Part shown: positions 60,481 through 64,000 of the stretch, one piece after another
How the letters are laid out: every line of letters starts with the position of its first letter
Numbering within the stretch: position 1 is the stretch's first letter
NCBI GenBank assembly: GCA_938082545.1
Contig: CALKCL010000014.1
Location: 12,286 to 76,285, forward strand
From: an uncultured Gammaproteobacteria bacterium
GTDB lineage: Bacteria > Pseudomonadota > Gammaproteobacteria > Ga0077536
Reading direction: 5' to 3'
Length of the DNA stretch: 64,000 nt
Made by a program: the position numbers and the translations under genes
The notes under the pieces: generated by a model
Told to the model about the DNA's origin: nothing
The model's input: only the letters and a program-made list of their open reading frames with translations
Database searches by the model: none

Positions 60481-61260
60481 ATGCGTTTTTGTGTTGTAGG
60501 TAGTGGCAGTAAGGGTAACTGTTTACTTGTGCAGGAATCCGATACTTCGATACTAATAGATTGTGGATTTTCTTTAAAAAAGCTTGCGCGGCTTTTGGAG
60601 CCTAGAGGTTTTCATCTAGATCGCCTTGATGCGATATTTATCACCCACGAGCATAACGATCATGTTGGGGGCGTAAGAAGCGTTGCCAAAGGCCTTAATA
60701 TTCCTGTTTATGGGACATCTGGGACGATACGTTCCTCGGAGCAAGCTCTTCAAGGTTTGACAGAAGTCTTAGAGCTTTCCCCATCAAGTTCTGTTTTGAT
60801 CGGCGATCTGGAAATTGAGTCGGTAATCGTTCCCCACGATGCTAGACAGCCATGTCAGTATATCGTAAACGGGTCTAATCAGAGGCTCGGTATGCTCACA
60901 GACATTGGTCACATCACTCCATTTGTCATAGAGCAGTATAAAAATTTAGATGGGTTTGTTTTAGAGTTCAACCACGATACTGCTTTAATGAAGAAAAGCG
61001 CTTACCCCCCTGTTCTTCAGGAGCGGATAGCGGGTGCATATGGTCATCTTAGCAATAGTCAGTCGGAAAATTTCCTTGAAAACTTAGATCTAACCCAGCT
61101 ACGATTTTTGGTTGCGGCACATTTGAGCCAACAAAATAACTCACCGGAACATGTCAGGCAGTGTCTAGATAGAGTTTTATCTTCGGAAGTAGTTCAACAT
61201 ATCGCTAGTCAAGAAGAGGCCTCGCCGTGGTTCGACTTGCATATTGGGGCAACAGCTTAA
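60481..61260 (+). CDS. MBL-fold metallo-hydrolase
   Basis: HxHxDH motif ITHEHNDHVGG, about 259 aa. Confidence 0.7.
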   Translation: MRFCVVGSGSKGNCLLVQESDTSILIDCGFSLKKLARLLEPRGFHLDRLDAIFITHEHNDHVGGVRSVAKGLNIPVYGTSGTIRSSEQALQGLTEVLELSPSSSVLIGDLEIESVIVPHDARQPCQYIVNGSNQRLGMLTDIGHITPFVIEQYKNLDGFVLEFNHDTALMKKSAYPPVLQERIAGAYGHLSNSQSENFLENLDLTQLRFLVAAHLSQQNNSPEHVRQCLDRVLSSEVVQHIASQEEASPWFDLHIGATA

Positions 61261-61261
61261 T

Positions 61262-62689
61262 TTAACGCTTTTTTACGAATCGCATTAGCCTTTTTTTCTT
61301 CACCAGTTGCCGTTTGGTAAGCTGGTTTTTTCGTCCAGAATATGGGTTCTCTCCCTTGAGGAAGAAAAATTTTATCGGAGTGCCGACTAGATTTAACTCC
61401 TGCCTAAAAAAATTTTCTAGAAATTTTTTATAGCTCTCTGGCAGCTTGTCTCCTTGATTTCCATGTATGATTATTTTGGGCGGATTGCTCCCACCCATAT
61501 GCGCGAACCTTAGTTTTATTCTTCTACCTTGGACCATTGGAGGTTGGTGCGTATCGAGCGCCTTAATTAAAAGTTTTGTTAGGTCGTTTGTCTTATGTTT
61601 TTGAATTGACGCAGCTGCTGCTCTGTTTATTGAGTCAAACATCGCTTTAAGACCAGTGCCACGGAGAGCAGAAATGAAGCATATTTCGGCGTAGCGAGCA
61701 AACTTTAGTCTCCTATCTAGGGCTTTGCGGCAGTCATCACGAACCTCTTCAGATAGGTTATCCCATTTATTTACTGCGATCACAATTGATCGCCCACTAT
61801 CTATAGCTAGGCCTAAAAGATTTAGATCTTGATCTGTTATCGGTTCACGTGCGTCAATAACTAAGAGAGCAATATTGGCGAGATCCAAAGCTTGTAACGT
61901 TTGCATCACGCTGAATTTTTCTGCAATACCGTCAGTTTTCCCTTTTCTTCTTACACCAGCGGTATCAACAATTATGTAGGACTGTTCATCTCTAGTGAAG
62001 TCAAACTCAACGCTATCTCTTGTAGTACCAGGGATGTCGCTGGTGATCATTTTTTCGTCACCCAGAACGCGATTAACGAGTGTTGACTTGCCCACGTTCG
62101 GCCTTCCAAGCACAGCTATTCTAATCTGGTCCAAGTCCTCAGCTTCGGTTTCATAGTAGGAAGCTGTCTCCCATTGACTTGTTGCCAGCTCGATTAGAGA
62201 GATTAGACCTTCTCCATGTGCCGCAGAAATTGGGGTAATAGGTCCAATCTGGAGGTGGCTAAATTCCGAGAGAACTAGATCGAAATCCAGACCTTCAGTC
62301 TTATTCACGGCCACTGTAATAGGAATATTGAACTTTCTGAGCTCATCAGCGAGCATGATATCCGAAGCGTTTGAACCAGCTCTACCATCTACTACAAGGA
62401 TTATTGCGGCACATTCTTTGGCCACTTGAAGTGCTTTAGATGCTGCCGCAGCGCTGAGCTCGTCTCCATCGACGCTGTCAATTCCTCCGGTATCTACGAC
62501 TATGTATCCAGCATCACCAATCTTACCGATTCCGACTTTAGGATCTCGCGTTAGTCCCGAAATATTTGCTACTAGCGCGCTCCTAGTACGCGTTACCCTA
62601 TTGAATAGTGTGGATTTTCCAACGTTGGGTCTGCCGATTATCGCAATAGTCGGTTTGAGTTCAATACTTTCATCCTTAGGGGGTAACAT
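61262..62689 (-). CDS. der: Ribosome-associated GTPase Der (EngA)
   Basis: Tandem GTPase domains with G1 GRPNVGKST (x2), DTGG/DTAG, NKxD; C-terminal KH-like domain with basic tail. Confidence 0.9.
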   Translation of the reverse strand: MLPPKDESIELKPTIAIIGRPNVGKSTLFNRVTRTRSALVANISGLTRDPKVGIGKIGDAGYIVVDTGGIDSVDGDELSAAAASKALQVAKECAAIILVVDGRAGSNASDIMLADELRKFNIPITVAVNKTEGLDFDLVLSEFSHLQIGPITPISAAHGEGLISLIELATSQWETASYYETEAEDLDQIRIAVLGRPNVGKSTLVNRVLGDEKMITSDIPGTTRDSVEFDFTRDEQSYIIVDTAGVRRKGKTDGIAEKFSVMQTLQALDLANIALLVIDAREPITDQDLNLLGLAIDSGRSIVIAVNKWDNLSEEVRDDCRKALDRRLKFARYAEICFISALRGTGLKAMFDSINRAAAASIQKHKTNDLTKLLIKALDTHQPPMVQGRRIKLRFAHMGGSNPPKIIIHGNQGDKLPESYKKFLENFFRQELNLVGTPIKFFFLKGENPYSGRKNQLTKRQLVKKKRLMRFVKKR

Positions 62690-62712
62690 GGGAAGTTCTA
62701 GTAGTACTAGGT

Positions 62713-63921
62713 TTATGGCGCACGGGTTGCAGTTACCCGGCCTTGTGATGAAAAGATAATAGCCATGTCTGAAGCATTAAGAGCCTTGCTCAAAACTCTA
62801 CTTTTGTCAAAGCGTTGTTTGCTAATGAAATCGCCGTTTTTCGCATCCATCCAATAGGTATAGCCTTCATAATCAGATATTATAACTTTCCCATTATAGT
62901 AAGTAGGTCCAGTTGGGTACCTCTCTTCTAAGGTTTCTTTTCTCCAAACTGAAGCCCCGGTGGCTGTGTTTAGAGCCCAAATAGCACCGTCAGCATCAGT
63001 TACATAAACTAAATTTCCACCGACTGAGATCCCTGCGAAAGATGATATCTCTCTCGTCCATTTTATAGTGCCATCTAGGATAGATATTGCAGATATACCA
63101 CCGTTAAAGCTTGCGGCAAACACAGTATCTCTTAGGACTGTCGGTTCTGAGTCCACGTCCACCATCCGCTCAAGATCAGAACGGCCACTGGCAATAGCGA
63201 GTGGACTATCCCATTTAGCTTGTCCCGTTTTTAGGTCCAACGCCACAAATCGACCACTATCAAAGCCAGCATAAACATTATTCCCACTGATAACGGGCGC
63301 TGCATTTCCTCGTAAAGTAAGGGAAGGAACTGTACGGTCGTAATTCCAGAGTTGTTCTCCTGTCTCAGAGCGTAGACCATATAATTTTCCATCTCCGGTT
63401 CGCGTAACGGTTACATTATTAAATGCTTGTGGCGCAGCAAGGACTTCACTTGACACACGTGCAACCCATCTTAGCTTCCCTGTTTTTGCATTTCTGGCAA
63501 TTACGCGCCCATCGCCAGTTCCCATTAGAACCATTCCATCTCCGCTACCGGGGGCGCTTGTGTAAGTGATGTTTTTATCGTGTATTTCCCAGATGGTTGA
63601 GCCGTTGGATGTATCTATAGCCGCAAGTTGGCCATCTTTTGATGCGACGTACAGGTAGGCTCCTATAATTGTCGGTTTAAGGTTTAAGTAAAGATTGTCA
63701 GCTCCTTTACCTATTTTTTTCGACCAGATAGTCTCGATTGTAGTCTTCGGACTATATGAAGTACTTAATATCCCAGTATCCTCTGGAGTTTTTCCGGAAA
63801 ATTTTCCGGAAACAAAGTCTTTTAATGAAGCGCTTTCTTTAAATTTAGAAATGGTTCCACAAGAAATGAGTGATAGAGAAATCAAGAAGACGCCACAACA
63901 TCTTGCTAAATTTGATGTCAC
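62713..63921 (-). CDS. bamB: Outer membrane protein assembly factor BamB (PQQ-repeat beta-propeller lipoprotein)
   Basis: Lipobox SLISC; repeated G.LYA.DAL/WK PQQ-like blades; conserved der-bamB pairing. Confidence 0.8.
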   Translation of the reverse strand: MTSNLARCCGVFLISLSLISCGTISKFKESASLKDFVSGKFSGKTPEDTGILSTSYSPKTTIETIWSKKIGKGADNLYLNLKPTIIGAYLYVASKDGQLAAIDTSNGSTIWEIHDKNITYTSAPGSGDGMVLMGTGDGRVIARNAKTGKLRWVARVSSEVLAAPQAFNNVTVTRTGDGKLYGLRSETGEQLWNYDRTVPSLTLRGNAAPVISGNNVYAGFDSGRFVALDLKTGQAKWDSPLAIASGRSDLERMVDVDSEPTVLRDTVFAASFNGGISAISILDGTIKWTREISSFAGISVGGNLVYVTDADGAIWALNTATGASVWRKETLEERYPTGPTYYNGKVIISDYEGYTYWMDAKNGDFISKQRFDKSRVLSKALNASDMAIIFSSQGRVTATRAP

Positions 63922-64000
63922 TGCTTAGTCCCCACTAAATTATTTTCAATATCATTGAGCTTTAGGCTTAGATTGTTCGAGTCCTGTCCGTTAATGATAT

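Noticed and set aside
1-64000. Looked for CRISPR arrays, transposase/integrase genes, toxin-antitoxin pairs, restriction-modification or other defence modules
   Set aside because: None were found. There are no short regularly spaced repeats and no ORFs with recombinase, nuclease or methyltransferase signatures. Every ORF above about 100 aa is assigned to a conserved housekeeping family.

Overview
This window is a densely packed (about 95% coding) core-genome segment of a Gram-negative, most likely gammaproteobacterial, chromosome. By eye the GC content is in the mid-40s percent, and the window is read almost entirely from the ORF track and raw sequence. About 67 protein genes and one tRNA-Lys(UUU) are supportable. 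I found no CRISPR array, no integrase or transposase, no toxin-antitoxin or defence genes and no large repeat family, and I could not identify a convincing novel multi-gene system here.

Features, start to end:
- Phosphate uptake and regulation: pstC (5'-truncated by the window edge), pstA, pstB, phoU, with a convergent phoB-phoR operon.
- A housekeeping run: leuS, lptE, holA, proA, nadD, rsfS, rlmH, maf.
- A pyrophosphate-economy gene pair: pfp (PPi-type 6-phosphofructokinase) next to hppA (H+-pyrophosphatase).
- A bepA-like M48/TPR protease, then a large PF12831-like FAD oxidoreductase sitting immediately 3' of tRNA-Lys.
- fmdB (zinc ribbon), aspS, nadA, yebC, ruvCAB.
- The complete ybgC-tolQRAB-pal-cpoB block.
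- A murU-like nucleotidyltransferase.
- yrbG-kdsD-lptCAB-rpoN, with kdsC and hpf/ptsN absent.
- mgtE, a small Gly-zipper lipoprotein, a DUF2782 protein, polA.
- hisAFIE and tatABC.
- rpiA, ilvA, a VOC protein, then trpCDG-gph-rpe on the minus strand.
- queG, an AI-2E family transporter, dapA, bamC, an MBL hydrolase, der, bamB.

Gene order resembles Pseudomonas-like gammaproteobacteria (this is recalled from memory, not searched): long PstC/PstA, DUF2782 next to polA, hisIE next to tatABC, dapA-bamC-MBL. The pfp-hppA pair is a hallmark of methanotrophic and chemoautotrophic gammaproteobacteria.

The most unusual items are the FAD-oxidoreductase gene abutting tRNA-Lys, the gene-poor rpoN-mgtE spacer, and a few short repeat and palindrome motifs. 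All are of modest interest.
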